The translations under genes were made by a program, and so were the position numbers. The notes under the pieces were generated by a model that did no database searches, was not told the DNA's origin, and saw only the letters and a list, made by a program, of their open reading frames with translations. A DNA stretch of 64,000 nt, taken from assembly GCA_964016885.1 (NCBI GenBank), contig OZ024740.1, positions 50,282,001-50,346,000 on the forward strand. Direction: 5' to 3'. This DNA comes from Eledone cirrhosa (taxonomy: Eukaryota). Shown piece after piece: positions 23,928 through 37,793 of this stretch. Within the stretch, counting starts at the first letter, position 1, and every line of letters begins with the position of its first letter.

Positions 23928-24310
23928 AAAAGACAAGACAAAACAATAATTTGTAGCAATTAAGCTATTATATGTACACATAGAATTTTATGTGACGTCA
24001 GGGAAAAGGTATTGTATTTTTATACCACGAGAGTCTCATGAAACAAAACAAAAGGAAAGGGAGGTAAGAAAACGGAAAAAGAAAGTAAAAGGGCAAGAAA
24101 AAAGTAAAATATCGTGTTAAATGTAAATCATTGAGATTATTGGCGGGATAAATATATATGTATATATATATGAAAGGATTTCATATATATATATACTCTT
24201 ATATATATATGTGTAGTATATATATATATATATATATATATATACTCTTCCACCCCAAGTATCGAGTACTCTGGTCTAACCAGTTTCTAATTGAATCCAT
24301 CCTGATTTAT

Positions 24311-24351
<41 letters not shown>

Positions 24352-26779
24352 CAGATAGAGAGGGAGAGAGAGAAAAAGAAAGAGGGGAGGGGGAGAGAGA
24401 GAAAAGGGGGAGGAGGGGGGAGAAGAAGAAGAGATTTTGATCATAGAGTTATTGTTTATTTCTTACTTAACTAATAGATAGCTTTTTCTGTTGTTGTTGT
24501 CGTTGCATTTAAAAAAAAAAAAGAAACGTCAATTTATTTCACCTTTCCCTCTTGTCTTCGTGAACTAAGATAACAAAACACAATAGCTCAACGAATGATC
24601 AGCTGTACAGCCGCTAGACAAGCTAGAAATAGCAGTCGATTTACTCCTAGACAATGGGTCGGTGAATGATCAGCTCTACCGTTGCTAGACAAGCTGAAGT
24701 AGTAGCCAGATTGCTCACAAATCAAAGCCTCTCTGCTATATTATGTATCCTGCTTTTAAGGATATACTTGCCATATTGATGTTTCTGAGCTGTTGCTGGA
24801 ATCGATCTGTCCCTCCGTCTCACATTCCTAGATAAACTGACTAATAACAAAAATGTTCATTGACAGTGTTGGAACACTGTCATTTTTATCAGAACTGACC
24901 TGGGGCTAAACAACAAAACCTAATTAAATATTATTTAGTTAATGTGTTTCCGAAAGCAATTGGTCTTAATTAAGTCCTCTTAGTTTCAAATTGATTCACT
25001 ATGTATGTTACATAATATGAGGTGGTAGATTGGCAGAAGCAACAGAATTTCTGAGAAATTGCAGTATTTAGTAATATCTCTTTACAGTCTGTTCAAATCC
25101 CACCTCACCAGCATCGTCTTTATCTTCTAGCTTTCCGAGATCAATAAAATAGATATAATATTCTGGGTGTGGTTAATAAGTTAAATCGGTAAAGCGTTCT
25201 GAGTTCAAATATTGCCAAGGTTCACCTTATTTTTCGGGCGTGGATATAATCGAATTCATCCTTCTGCTAAAATTGTAATCATGTGTCTGTTACAAATCAA
25301 TGCTACTTGTTTTAAAATAATATTTAAGTGTAATGTGTTGGAAAATCATTTACTGTATAACATATTGTAGAGAAAGGAACACAGTTGGTTAAATTGATAT
25401 AGTAGTGAAATAACTGGTTGGATAATGAATTAATTAATCTAATATTGGGGTATTGATTAGGTGGAGGTTTTATTGATTGAATTGTGAACTAATTCATAAG
25501 ATTGCTGGGTAATTGGTTAGGTGATACATTGCTTGATAGTGGGATTAATAAAAAAAAAATGGCGGATTAATTAATTGGTGGAAGACTAATTGACTGGGTT
25601 GACGGTTAATTAACTGAATGGAAGGCTAATTGATTAGCATGGTTGGGTTGAAGGTAAATTAATTGGGATAGAAGGCTAATTTATTGGGCTTAAAGTTAAT
25701 AGTGAGAAGCCCTGACAACCAGGCATTTTACTTGATGCATCACATTAAAGGAATTGATATAAATTACAGCATCATCTCGCCCAAATATCAGCCCAATATG
25801 GGGTGGGAAATGTCAGCCCTTTGAGATATAAGCCTGTATTTTCGGAGGAAGGAACAACATTCAAACGGTTCCAACATTTCATTGTCTGATTTGAATATAT
25901 CTGGTCTCATTTACTTTTAAATAGATAATTTCAATTGTGTTTATCATTATTTTATCTCTATAAAGTATCGAGTTTATGATATCAGGGTAAATATTCTAAC
26001 ATCAAGTTATTTTAGAGATAATTAAAAATTCTTTGGGTCATAAAATCATCAAATCGTTAAAGTTTATAAAATATTACATGCAAGAATTATATGGAGCATA
26101 TTCTCTATTTATCACAACCCATAATCACCTAGGGCTTGAAAGATAAAAATTAAAAGTATTAAATAATTTTATAAATTGTTAAGTGTTTTGAAATACAAAT
26201 GTCTTGGAAATTATTTGTTTAGCACATTTACAGTTTCACATCAATTTTGATTTTGTACACTTCCTCAATGAACATGTTTTTGTGCAAAATTAAAGATGGC
26301 TTTTTTAAAGGATAGTGTAGCCATACTGGAACTAGCTTCTGGCCTTTCTCAATCCATCAATGACTGCATGAGTTTTATGCCACGTCACCAGCGTGTAAGC
26401 TGTAATAATGCTTACTTTTTCAGATGCTGATCCAAGGCATCTCTCGATGAATGTATTCTCTCCATATCCCTAGTCTTATTACAGAAGAAAGGAGATCAAC
26501 TTTAGACAAACTGCATCACAACCCTTCTTAGTTGAACTGATATGTGATATGGAGAGTTAGCGGTAGCTGCAAATTCGTTGATAAGGTATATCATCGTCTT
26601 GAAACAATACCACTTTCCTTTAAACATGAAATCTGAGATGCTCTCAGAGAAATAATGAAAAAAGCCTTTATGTTGTGTGTTGTCTCTTTTATGTTTGAGG
26701 GAGATTATTTTTGTTTATTTTCGAGTTTTGTGTGAAATCCAGATTTCTTCTTCTATGTGTGTATGGATGGTGTGGGAAA

Positions 26780-28050
26780 AATTACTCAAAAATATTACTG
26801 GTGGATTTTCCGTCGGTTTTGACGATGAGTGTTTAGTCGTTTAATAAACTGAATTGCTCCTTGTGAAATTAATGTGCAAGGAATGGAACTTTCCGAAGAC
26901 ACATGTATCATTGACGCAATCTCTGGCCGAATACGTGTGACACAATGTGACTCAGGTTGGGCTTTCAAGTTGCATGTACAATTCAGAGAAGAAAGGGGAA
27001 GACTGAGAGAGAGAGAATCTATTCCAGTATTTAACTGATACTGTACATACTGACACCGAAAGGAAGAAAAATAAAGTTGACTTCGGTGGAATTTAAATTT
27101 AGTTCGTTGATTGCAAAACTGGACACCATAAGCCATTCTATCTGAAGCACTAATGGTTCTTCCAATTCGTTACATTAGAAGTATTTCTATCATATCTGTC
27201 TCCAGTATAAATCACCAGAAGGAAGGAATATTTTCCTGAACACATTTATCCGTTTCTTTATTATCATAATGACCCATTGAAGTACCATTTCTTGCATTGT
27301 GTACTTGATCATCCGATGCTGTATATACAGACTTATCTTGGAATTGAACTTCCACCATTTTTTTTATTAGCAACTCCTTCTTGTTATTTGCATTTGACAA
27401 GGAATATGTCATTTTCATATACCAGATACCTGGGACCTTGGCCCTACCAGACACACATTTCTACCTTCTGCAACCATTGATTGGCAATGTACGATATGTA
27501 CCCAAATAATATATACTCTTGCTTCCCTTTTCAAATCATGTTACATCCTTCGGTGTAAAGCTTTCATGAAATATTTGTACGTTGTTTTCTAGATGAGGAG
27601 ATTTCTGTTGATAGAAAAACAACAGCTTTTTGGGGGTGGAGGTTAAAACAATTCTGTTTTTACCAAACACTTTTTTCTAGAAATTAACATATTGTTCTTG
27701 TCTCTTGAGGTTGCACTAGACTTGGCATCATGCAATTTGTTATCTGATGTTATCAGATCTCTACAGGTTTAGTCAAAGAGATTTCCTATACACATTCAAC
27801 AAGTGTGTAACACCATGCTGAAACGATGTTGAGATGTACGCCCTTCTTGGTAATGACAAAGCTCTTTATCGTCATCCCAATCATTAATTTCTATGAATTG
27901 CACAATAATCCGATTAATCTCAGGACTAAGCAGAATCCAATGATCCAACATATGAATGTTACTGATACCAATTATTTCACCAACTTCTTTCACATTTCGG
28001 CCACTTATATTCGCGATCGTATTTTTTCGGTCATTACCCAAAATTCATGA
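26780..28050 (-). mobile_element. Highly degenerate DNA-transposon coding relic (possibly Academ-like)
   Basis: Fragments HWILLSPEINRIIVQF..HYQE and LNCTC resemble large invertebrate transposases (from memory). Confidence 0.3.
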
Positions 28051-28076
28051 CCATAGGTAAGGGTAGGCAAAAATAC

Positions 28077-28500
28077 TTAACTGAAGATAGCGAGTTTGGC
28101 TTTTATACATACCGCCCTTCTTTTGATGACTGACTGCTGAAGCTGGCGCACTGTTGCAACTTCTCCGGCAGTTCTTGCGTTTAATTCAGCCTTCTGCCGT
28201 CCATCACTTGTGAAAACGATCCCGAGATACTTGAACTTCTCCACTGGGTTCAGTGTAACTCCACTCACAGACAGAGTGCACTGTGCAGGCCTTCTCTCCA
28301 GGACGAATGTCTCAGTCTTCATACTCGTCAGCAAACATATCCAACGCATGTCGGAGATGACCATCCGACATGTTAAGTAGCACTATGTCTTCTGCAAACT
28401 CAAGCTGATTTATTCTACACCCGATTGTTGCTAGATGTGTTGAGTTTAATTCTTTCCATGAAATTATAAGTTGAAAAGAAATACCTGCTCCCCAACTCAC
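28077..28500 (-). mobile_element. Degenerate LINE RT fragment
   Basis: FAEDIVLL, VEKFKYLGIVF. Confidence 0.6.
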
Positions 28501-28588
28501 CCCATGAAAATGCTCTACGCTTCAAATTAAAACTTCAGTGGTTCTCTAGTAACTCCAAGGATCATAACGCTCACCAACATAAATATTT

Positions 28589-28630
<42 letters not shown>

Positions 28631-28635
<5 letters not shown>

Positions 28636-28745
28636 GTGATTACACAACAATTAGTTCACCATACCGCTAATTGTTGTGTAATCACTTCTACCTAACTCAT
28701 CCCATGGACTGAGTGCTCTACCACTACGAATATTACCTTCTAGTG
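28631..28745 (+). repeat. Fold-back element (24-bp perfect arms plus tail) between (TA)n tracts
   Basis: TAGAAGTGATTACACAACAATTAG / CTAATTGTTGTGTAATCACTTCTA. Confidence 0.8.
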
Positions 28746-28751
28746 TTCCAC

Positions 28752-28787
<36 letters not shown>

Positions 28788-28797
28788 CTCTCGCTCT

Positions 28798-29660
28798 GCA
28801 TCATCATCATGGCTTCACGAACGAAGATTAAATGGGTGTTCCAGATTGACTGCAGGAACACTCCTGGCTCTACAAGTCAATGCGGGACATGCAGACACAG
28901 CTGCAGCTCAAGGTCTGGTCAGGGTTTGATGATGTGGTGTTGTGGTTTTTTCTCCTGCGCCTTTTGTTCTCGAGGGTGGCACTGTGGGTGTTTTTGAAGG
29001 AGGAGACAGCATGGTTGATGGTGAGACGCCATGTTCTCAGCTATAGTGGACCACCAGCGATGGTCGATGTGACAGGCACCAAGGAATTCCTTCAAACAGT
29101 CCTTGTATCACTTCCTTGGTGCCCCCTATCGTGATGACCAGTGGAGAATTCACCATATAGTGTGATCCTGGACAGGCGATGATCCCTCATCCTGGAGACG
29201 TGTCCTGCCCAGCGTAGTTGGAACTTTAGCAGCATGGCCTCGATGCCGGTGACCTCCGCCCATTCAAGGACTTCAACATTGGTGACAATGTCTCTCTGGC
29301 GGATGGTGCGGGGGCAGCGTTGGTGGAAGCGCTCGAGGAGTTGAAGGTGGTTACGATAAGTGACCCACAAATCTGAGCCATATTGAAGGGTGGTAAGGAC
29401 TATGGTTCTGTACACGCTGATCTTGGTACCTTTCTTCAGGTGTTTGTTATTCTACACAATCTGCCAAATGACTGTCGCTTTCCTCATCGATCTTGTGCAT
29501 CCCAAGTGGGTGAACCGATAGACAGTTTTCAATTTAGTTTCGCCAATGGTGATATGAGAAGTGCAGTATTCTTCCCGGGGTGCAGGCTGCTGGAGTATCT
29601 CCGTCTTCTTTAAGCTGACTTCTAGCCCAAAGAGCTAGGCAGCCTCAGCAAAGAAGGAAA
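28798..29660 (-). mobile_element. Degenerate RTE (BovB-like) LINE 3' region with (GAT)n tail
   Basis: LQYGSDLW, LERFHQRC, LRWAGHVSRM. Confidence 0.8.
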
Positions 29661-32600
29661 TGATGCCCTGCAAGGTTCTCTCCCTTTCTTTCTTTCTTTC
29701 TTGCTTCCTTTCTGTATGTATGTATTTATGTCAGGTCGCTCTCGTGTGCTACTGGTAACATGTGCCCCAGTACAACCTGTGTCATAATCGGGTCGTCGGC
29801 GACTAAACCGGCGACTCCACCAAGCTAGCTTGGTGAGAAGGGTGATATTTTGACACCCTGTGGGATGAAACTCAACAGAGTCAATGGCCATCCAAATAGT
29901 TTTTTTATTTCCTCTGGGAGTGGAAGGCCCCCAGTTGTTGACACAAGACCTTTCTAAGAGGGGGAGACTCTGAAAAAAAAACCTGCAGCTTCGGAAGCAT
30001 CCGATGATGTTGACCAGTTCTCCTTTTCAGGTAGTGTTTTCGATGCTCAGAGAGTGTGATTGGTTGAGTGCAAGGCCTTTTCCCACTTAAAAAAACATTC
30101 AAAGCACAGGCATTGCTTGTTCGGGGTCTGTTACAGGTTCGTGTGACTGGCCATAGCCTAAAAGTGCACCAAACTCTATAACCTGACAAGCGATTGCAGT
30201 ACTCTTAGCAGAGTTTGCAGCCGTCATGTATGTATGTATGCATGTGTGTGTGTCTGTGTGTGGAGAGAAAGAGAGATAGGGGGGGAGATGCTCGAAGCAT
30301 AGCTGTCATCATGTTGGCCGGAATATTTATGTAAGCATCCTTAAATGAATATAAAAGAGTGCACACTTGTAGACATTAAAAAATAAGATTGTTAAAGAGA
30401 CACCGTTCACATAAAAAAAACATTTACGAAGGCTTATGCTTCTTGCATAAAAATGAAGTGCTAAACTAAAAACAAATATATGTTGAAAACAATATACCTA
30501 ACAATCAAAATATTTAGTAGCAAACTTAATTTTATAAGGGAGATAACTTCCAAAACTACGTTTTTCTTTTCTTGATTTATCTCCCTTGAAATTAAGGATA
30601 TTTGAATTATGTTCCTTGTAATGGAATTTTTGTATTTTAAAAAGGTTTCTTCTACTTACACAACTCTGGATGGTTTTTTTTGGAGAAAATCGTTATAGCT
30701 ATCATTGGTTGTCTCAAATGTCACAGTTGCTTTGATATTTGGCTGAAAGCACCTCAAAAGAGTAAATAATTTTATCTATATATTTTTTAACCCTTTAGTT
30801 AACAACAACCTGGCCAAAATCAGCTCTGGTTCAATGAAATAAAACCACCCATTTTAAAGGTTTCCAATTTAAATTAAAATCTTTCAACATAATTTTATAT
30901 AAGAACCTTACATTAAGTTACTATCTTAGTAATGAATAATTAATAATTTTAGTCAATCCCTCATTAATTAATTCAAATAGAGTGAATTTCATTAGGAATG
31001 TAGTCATGAAAGGGCTAATACTACTATAATTTATTCAATATACAAAATCTCACAATGCTATGAAAAGCCATTGACAGTATATAAAAATAATTAAGCAGTA
31101 TCTAATGAAAGCAAAATACACTATTGAAGGGAACAAAAAGGAAGAAAAAAAGAAAATGAAAAGGAGAAAAAGAAAAAAAGATCAAGCAATGAAAGAAAGG
31201 GAGAGGGAGAGAGGCAGTCACAACACCCCAGTCTGAGCAGTGCCTCAACTGTGCCCCACAAACAAAACAGCAAAAAACGTTACCACAGAGACTGGCCAGA
31301 GACACCTTCTGCAACAGCCACCCCACCTCATGGGGCTCCCTCTTCAAGTGGTTCACCAGAGGAAATCAGAAGTACGGGGGACCAACAACGCGTGATCTCA
31401 ACGGAGACTGGTGCAAGGAGGAAGCAGTCAATCAGGCCCCGGCATTTGACTAACAGATGTTTAATGAAATAATTAGAATTTTACGTTATCATTCTTCAAG
31501 TGATTTTTTAGCAGTGACTATTTCATCTTCGTTGGGAGACAAGCTGCCTTCAGATAAGTCTTAAAGTGTGCAAATGCAAATTTGAAGAAGACAAAGTGAA
31601 TTTTTAGAGAAATTTTAACTCTTATATGGAAGAAAGTGAGCTCTAAATAGAAGTTCATTTGCTAGATTAGGAGTTTACATATTCTGCAGATGGGAAACTA
31701 ACTGTTCTATTAATGTTGGGTGAGTGACAGACCTAACATGCTGTTTCAAGCATTCAGGCTCCATTTTCCTTTTTCCACAAAACATTCAGGCTGGGAGTCA
31801 ATATTACCAATTCCCAATAGAATGTACATCTCAAGAATTGATCTCAAGATCATAATTTTTAGAAAGGCATCAGGAGAAAGTGAAGTCACAGCTACATCAA
31901 TTAGTTTGTAGACAATAGAGTTTATAGAATCAGAGACTATAGTAGAAGCTGCAGAAGTGGAAGAATGCAACTTGATGGCAAAATACTGACATTAAAACGT
32001 CCAACAGAGATGCAGACAAGATATGCAAGTGATTGAATAAACAGAGTACCATACAACTAGCTACAAGGTTAGCATTTTGTATCTTTTCAACAGCATTTAT
32101 CAGTAGACAAAATGGTTGGCTTTTAAATGATCAAATCCAGATAGTTGTAAATAGGTACTATATGGTAGGAATAAGCCACTGCTGTTTCCTTTGGGGAAAC
32201 ACCTTCTCTATTCTGTCCACCAGAACTGCGGGGTCACCAGTGCTAATAAAACTAAGTTTGTCAAATTTGATTATTCTGGAGACTGTTTAACCCATTAGCT
32301 TTTACATTACTCTGTATTTACTATTGTATTTTCGTGGTAAAGGCTTTATTTCACAATTATCTTACATAATATCGAATCTACGAGGTTTTGATATTATTTA
32401 TTTTGAGAACAATACTTTAACATAAGTATGAGCAGCTGGTTATGGCCAGTTTGAACAGAAAGAAGTGAGAGAATTCAAGCCGGATATAGCCGGTTTAAAT
32501 GCTAAAGGATTAATCTGTGACACTCTCGAGATTCAGCACAGATATTCCATTTCTTTTTTTAAAAATTCAAAAATATCCAAATTACTCAGGATAATGTTGA

Positions 32601-33397
32601 GGAGTTAGAAGATGCTAAACCAATTTCATGTTTTAAATGTAATCTTCCACAATTAGTTAAGTGTAAATATCTACTGATAACACAAGTTGATATGGCAGAT
32701 GACAGTTTTATTTATCTAATAATTGTCACTAATAAAAAGAAGGACAAATGAAAAGTTTTCTGATCACATAATGCAATGAAACAAAATAATTAAGTGTAGA
32801 ATCTTTCACAGAAAGAAGCACTCTCCTTTATTTTTTCTTCCCCTTTTCTACTTCTCATGACATCCAATAACGTAGTATTTACATTTCAGCAAAGAAGTAA
32901 AACACAAATCCAGCCAACTAAAGATCAGCTTTTACTACCAATAATTTGGTTTCTTTCCTTTTGTTTTTTATTCTTTCCATTTTTTTATCATTTAATAAAC
33001 CCAGTGAAAGTGAAACAAATGATTAAGAATAATTTTTATACAAAATCAAAATTGGAGGTAAAGCAACAAAGCTGTTTTGTCAAATTACACCATTCTACCA
33101 CAACCGGTCAACACTTAGGACACATTACACATATGAATGGTCTCTGGTATTAAATTTATAACTTGAAGCAAAAAAGATTAACAATTATTTTATATTCATG
33201 GCTTCTTTCTTGGATCCTTTTTTATTTTTTATTTGACAAAAGATGAAAAACAAAAAAGAATTCAGTCCATTTTATCTTTTATCAAATTAAAATCATTCTC
33301 TGTGTGAGATCATAACAAACTTTGCATTTAGGAAAAGATAAACTGTTGTTTTATAGAATGTCAAAAGAAAAATTGAAGTTTAGTGGAAAGAATGAGA

Positions 33398-33518
33398 TAA
33401 TTGTTTCTTCATTTGGCACAAGGCCAGCAATTATCCCAGTGTATTACTGGTTCTTTATTTTATCCACCCCGTAAGGATGAAAGGCAAAGTTAACCTCGGC
33501 GGGATTTGAACTCAGACC
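33398..33518 (-). mobile_element. Partial tRNA-SINE (same family as 20353)
   Basis: B box and core on the minus strand. Confidence 0.75.
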
Positions 33519-34035
33519 ATGAGATAATGTACCATAAATGAAATAAATGGTCTAATTACACTTATGTAAGAAATGACTATGTTGTTCATGAATGTATGTT
33601 ATGAATGTTTCCATCATGCTTTCGTTATGCTTTTTATCTTTGTAAAAGTTTGTAGTTCACGTGATTATACATTTCTTGATAAAATTTTCATATAATTTTG
33701 AAATTTGTAGGGGGAAATTTTTAATTGCACGAAGACATGATAAAAAGTGTCAAAAGATAAAATACTACTTTTCTATTAAATTTAGAAATGTGGTGAGTGG
33801 TGAGTTTTTCAACAATGGATTGGTGAGTAAAAAAAATCAAACCATACCATTTCATTTGATCAACATACTCATGAAAAAAAAGAAACTCATATTTCATTGT
33901 TGACTGATTAAAGTAATATGCTAAATTGTCAGTTTCAACAATTCCTGCAGACAACCATCTTTTTCAAAACTATCTAACCTAAGCTATCAGAAAACAGATG
34001 TATATATACAAAATATATAGTTTTTTATCATTTAG

Positions 34036-34218
34036 GAGGAAGAGCAGTGCAAATGATCCTCTAAGGCCTCCAAGACTGGTAAAAAGGAGGGAGAGAGGAA
34101 GAAAGGTATCAACCTGTAGACCTGGCACAAATGTTTGCAACAGAATAGACTTTGTTAAAGGCACCCAAAAGCCAGGTGGTGTTGTTAAACAGAGTGAGAA
34201 ATTAATTCTACCTCCCAA
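34036..34218 (+). CDS. Putative internal exon of an unknown gene (RKSSANDPLRPPRLVK...LILPPK)
   Basis: ttttttatcatttag acceptor, GTAAGT donor, 183 nt open, phase 2-2. Confidence 0.5.
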
Positions 34219-35704
34219 GTAAGTGACAGTGATATTTTAACTCAAAATGCAAAAAATTAGAACAAATATCATCCAATGCTCTAATAATTCCACCAGTGCA
34301 CTGCATTATACTGGTACAGAAAGATGAAAGGTAAAGTTGACCTCAGCTGCATTTGAACTTAGAATGCAATAAATACTACATCTTAAGCTCTAATGTCACT
34401 GCCAAGTTGCCAAAAGACATGTGGCAGATTTCCCTGCAAGTATATCTGATTATATGTACCAAATTAGCTTATCTAACATGAACAACTCTAATATGAGAAA
34501 ATTACTTAACATTATTTGCTATCTACAACTATTTATTTTAGACAGTTGGTGATAGGAAGGGCATCCAGCTGTGGAAACCATGCCAAAAAGGGTTGTCAGG
34601 ATGCTTCAGTTGCATCAATGGTAGAACACCCTCTCTACTGTTGGTGATCTACACAATAAACACACCCAGTACACTTTGTAAAGAGGCTGGTGATAGGAAG
34701 AGCATCCAGGTACACTCTGGAGAGTGTGGAAACAGATGTAAGCAAGATGCAGGCCCTTGCTCATCTGAAAGACCTGTATCTCTGATTAAGTACTGATGTG
34801 GACTATGACAACCCATCCAACCCTTGCTAGCAGAGATGTTAAATGATAATGATGGTAATGATGATGATAATGATGATGAATGTAGTTGGGTGAGACAGCA
34901 GAACATTCAACTGAATACTTTACTCTATCTAGTTTGAGACTCAATATCACTGGAAGAGTTAACTTTGATGTTTAATCAATCTGGGTAATAATATAAGTAA
35001 CATCTAGTTTTATACTGAATCTAAAGAAATAATTTTCTTAATAGTTTCTCTTCTATAAAGTAACATAAACCTTCAACAAGTCCTTATAACCAATACCCGA
35101 ATATACTCTGGTTTATTATCTTTAAGCTATATATTAAAAAATATGACCATATAACAAGCCTTCACTAATATGCAACATCCAAATATCACCATCATCATCA
35201 TATTTACATTTGCTTTACCATGCATGGGTAGCATAAAAATATAGACAGTCATCTTTCCCTTACATACATATATATATATAGCAACTGTGTCTGTTCATTT
35301 TCATGGCCAATGACCAGACCAGGGAGTTTTTTGTATCTGATGTTAATTTTGGAATATTGTCTATGGCGCAGGGAACCTCCTGCCTCTTCTACTTGATTTT
35401 CTAACGCTGTTATCATTTTAGGGAATCTATGTTTGGTTTTCAGCATTTCAAATTATCCTAAGACCTCAATAAATTGTGACATACATACACACATATATAC
35501 CTATATATATGTAATACGATCGTAAAGCAGTGAAGTATATCTCTAATGACTTGATTTTTTATTTCATTGTTTTAACTTATATCATGACTCTGTTTTCCTT
35601 TTAATGTTTTATTGTTTTGAGATTTATGTTAACCTACATTTTCAACATATGGATTACATCGAGTTCTTCATGCAGAATAGACCCCACAACTTACTGTGGA
35701 TACC

Positions 35705-35748
<44 letters not shown>

Positions 35749-35759
35749 CAGATTTTTTT

Positions 35760-36089
35760 TGAGGCCCCCCATCGGTCACTAATGACCATGGTTTTGCACC
35801 TAGAAAGTTTCTCTTCGAGACACAAGCCAGGGCAAGATTTGTTTGTGGAAGACCAGTCGCCCACGCCTACCAGTCACTCTCTCCATGCCACCGATGTTGT
35901 CCAAGGGAAAGGCAATGGCCAACACAGCTTTGCACCAGTGATGTTACAACTCATTTCTACAGCTGAGTGAAATGGAGCAACGTGAAATAAAGTCTTGCTC
36001 AAGAACACAACGCATCACCCAGTCCAAGAATCGAACTCACAACCTCTCAATTGCAAACTCAATGCTCTCACTACTAAGCCATGCCCCTT
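35760..36089 (-). mobile_element. Second tRNA-headed SINE family
   Basis: GGCTTAGTAGTGAG A box, GTTCGATTC B box, TTGAGCAAGAC..CTCAGCTGTA body shared with 46531 and 62713. Confidence 0.7.
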
Positions 36090-37594
36090 CACCAGAATAC
36101 AACTATTTATGGCGTTCGACGTATTTAATACTCTATATGTGTGTGTGTGCATATATATATATACACACACACATATTATATATGCTGGAACATAGTTGAC
36201 ATTAGGAAGAGTATCCAATCATAGAAACCAAGCCAAAATACAGATCCACATGAACAAGATGTGCTCTCCTGACTGACCTTGTCTCATAATGTGACAGCTC
36301 ATCTAACCCATGCATATGTGGAAAATGGACATTAAACATATATTTAGATATATATATAAATACACCAAAAATATTCTCCGGGTCGTGATGGAGTGAATGA
36401 TAAACTTCACTCTCCTACATATATTGAGTACTCTTTCTCTCATTTGTGCATCCAAATGTATATACATGACTATTTCTGTGTAGTGTATTATAACTGTGGA
36501 ACAAAATATGAATGAGAGGTTCATGGTGACGTCTCTGGGGAGGCGCGGGGGGGGGGGGGGGGGGGGGGCTCAAAACAAAATGTTTATAATTGGAGGAAAT
36601 CATATTGATACCTTTACAAAAGGTGAAGGGGGAGATGTTGCCAGTAATCAAAATCAGATTAATATTATATAAATATGTGAAAGGTAAACAGAGCATCAGG
36701 TAATTATGAAAATATAATCAAAATAACTGTTAGGCATGACTAGTTCTTACAAATTTTGAATCTTTGAAATCAAATGAAGTAAATAAACAAAATAGAATTA
36801 AATAAAAATGAAAAAAAAAAAATAAAATTGTGTTTTATTAGATAATTTAATTAATTGGTCTGTCAGAGAAATTCTGACCCCCAAAAAAATTTAGGACAAT
36901 ATATACATAATTTCTTATGATAGTAAATAAGATAGCCATGAAAGGTTATAAAATATTGTATATAATACATTATTAGTATGAACATTCAAAAAGAAAAATA
37001 CTTTTGGAAATTAAGAATTAAAACAACAAAATAACATTTTTTTTTTTAAATAGAACGGCATACTTTCTTTTGAAGACATTATTAAAATGTTGAATAAACA
37101 TACATTTTATTTTTACTTTGAAAAAATGTCAGTTTTCTCAGATATGCTCTCTAAAACTAAATTTATTAGTTTTTATGTATAATGAATGAGCTTGTGTTGG
37201 AAAAATCAAAATGGTAGTAAACAGGTCAAAATAAAAAATAAAAACATTTCATCCTCAAAATCATGGGCTATTAAGCTTAGAATCAACTCAAAATATATTT
37301 TCTATGTAACTTAGAATGTATACAATGAGAAAGGATAAGTTTGACAGTACTTTAAAATAATCTGATTTTCACTATTAATAACATCATTATTATTTTGTTT
37401 TTTCCTCAATTAAATTCACCCCAGTACTTCAAATAAAGTACCAGTCAAATACTGGGGTAGATTTAATCAACTATATCTTTCCTTAGATAAGTAATCTTAT
37501 GTCAATGTTAGAAATCATAGTTTTTGTTTTGTTATGTTTTGTTTTTTACCATGACACATATCCATTTATTTGTTTGGGGGGGGGGGGGTTAGAA

Positions 37595-37793
37595 GACAGT
37601 TATAGATAAGTCCCAGCATATTAGCATATTAATGGGGAAGGACAGCTATAGATAAGCCTGTTGAAAGACCCAGTATATTATGGGGAGAGGGGGGACAGCT
37701 ATAGATAAGTCGATTGAAAGTCCCAGCATATTATTGTGTGTGGTGGGGGTAGGAGATAACTATAGATAAGTCTGTTGAAAGTCCCAGCATATT
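37595..37793. repeat. Minisatellite, ~4 units of ~45-60 bp
   Basis: Repeated G-run plus GACAGCTATAGATAAG..AAAGTCCCAGCATATTA. Confidence 0.75.

Noticed and set aside
29848-29890. GAAACTC-AACA-GAGTC resembling hammerhead helix III
   Set aside because: No CUGANGA box or convincing helix I
31200-32290. Higher-complexity stretch with short ORFs
   Set aside because: No recognisable motif, splice pattern or termini to support a call
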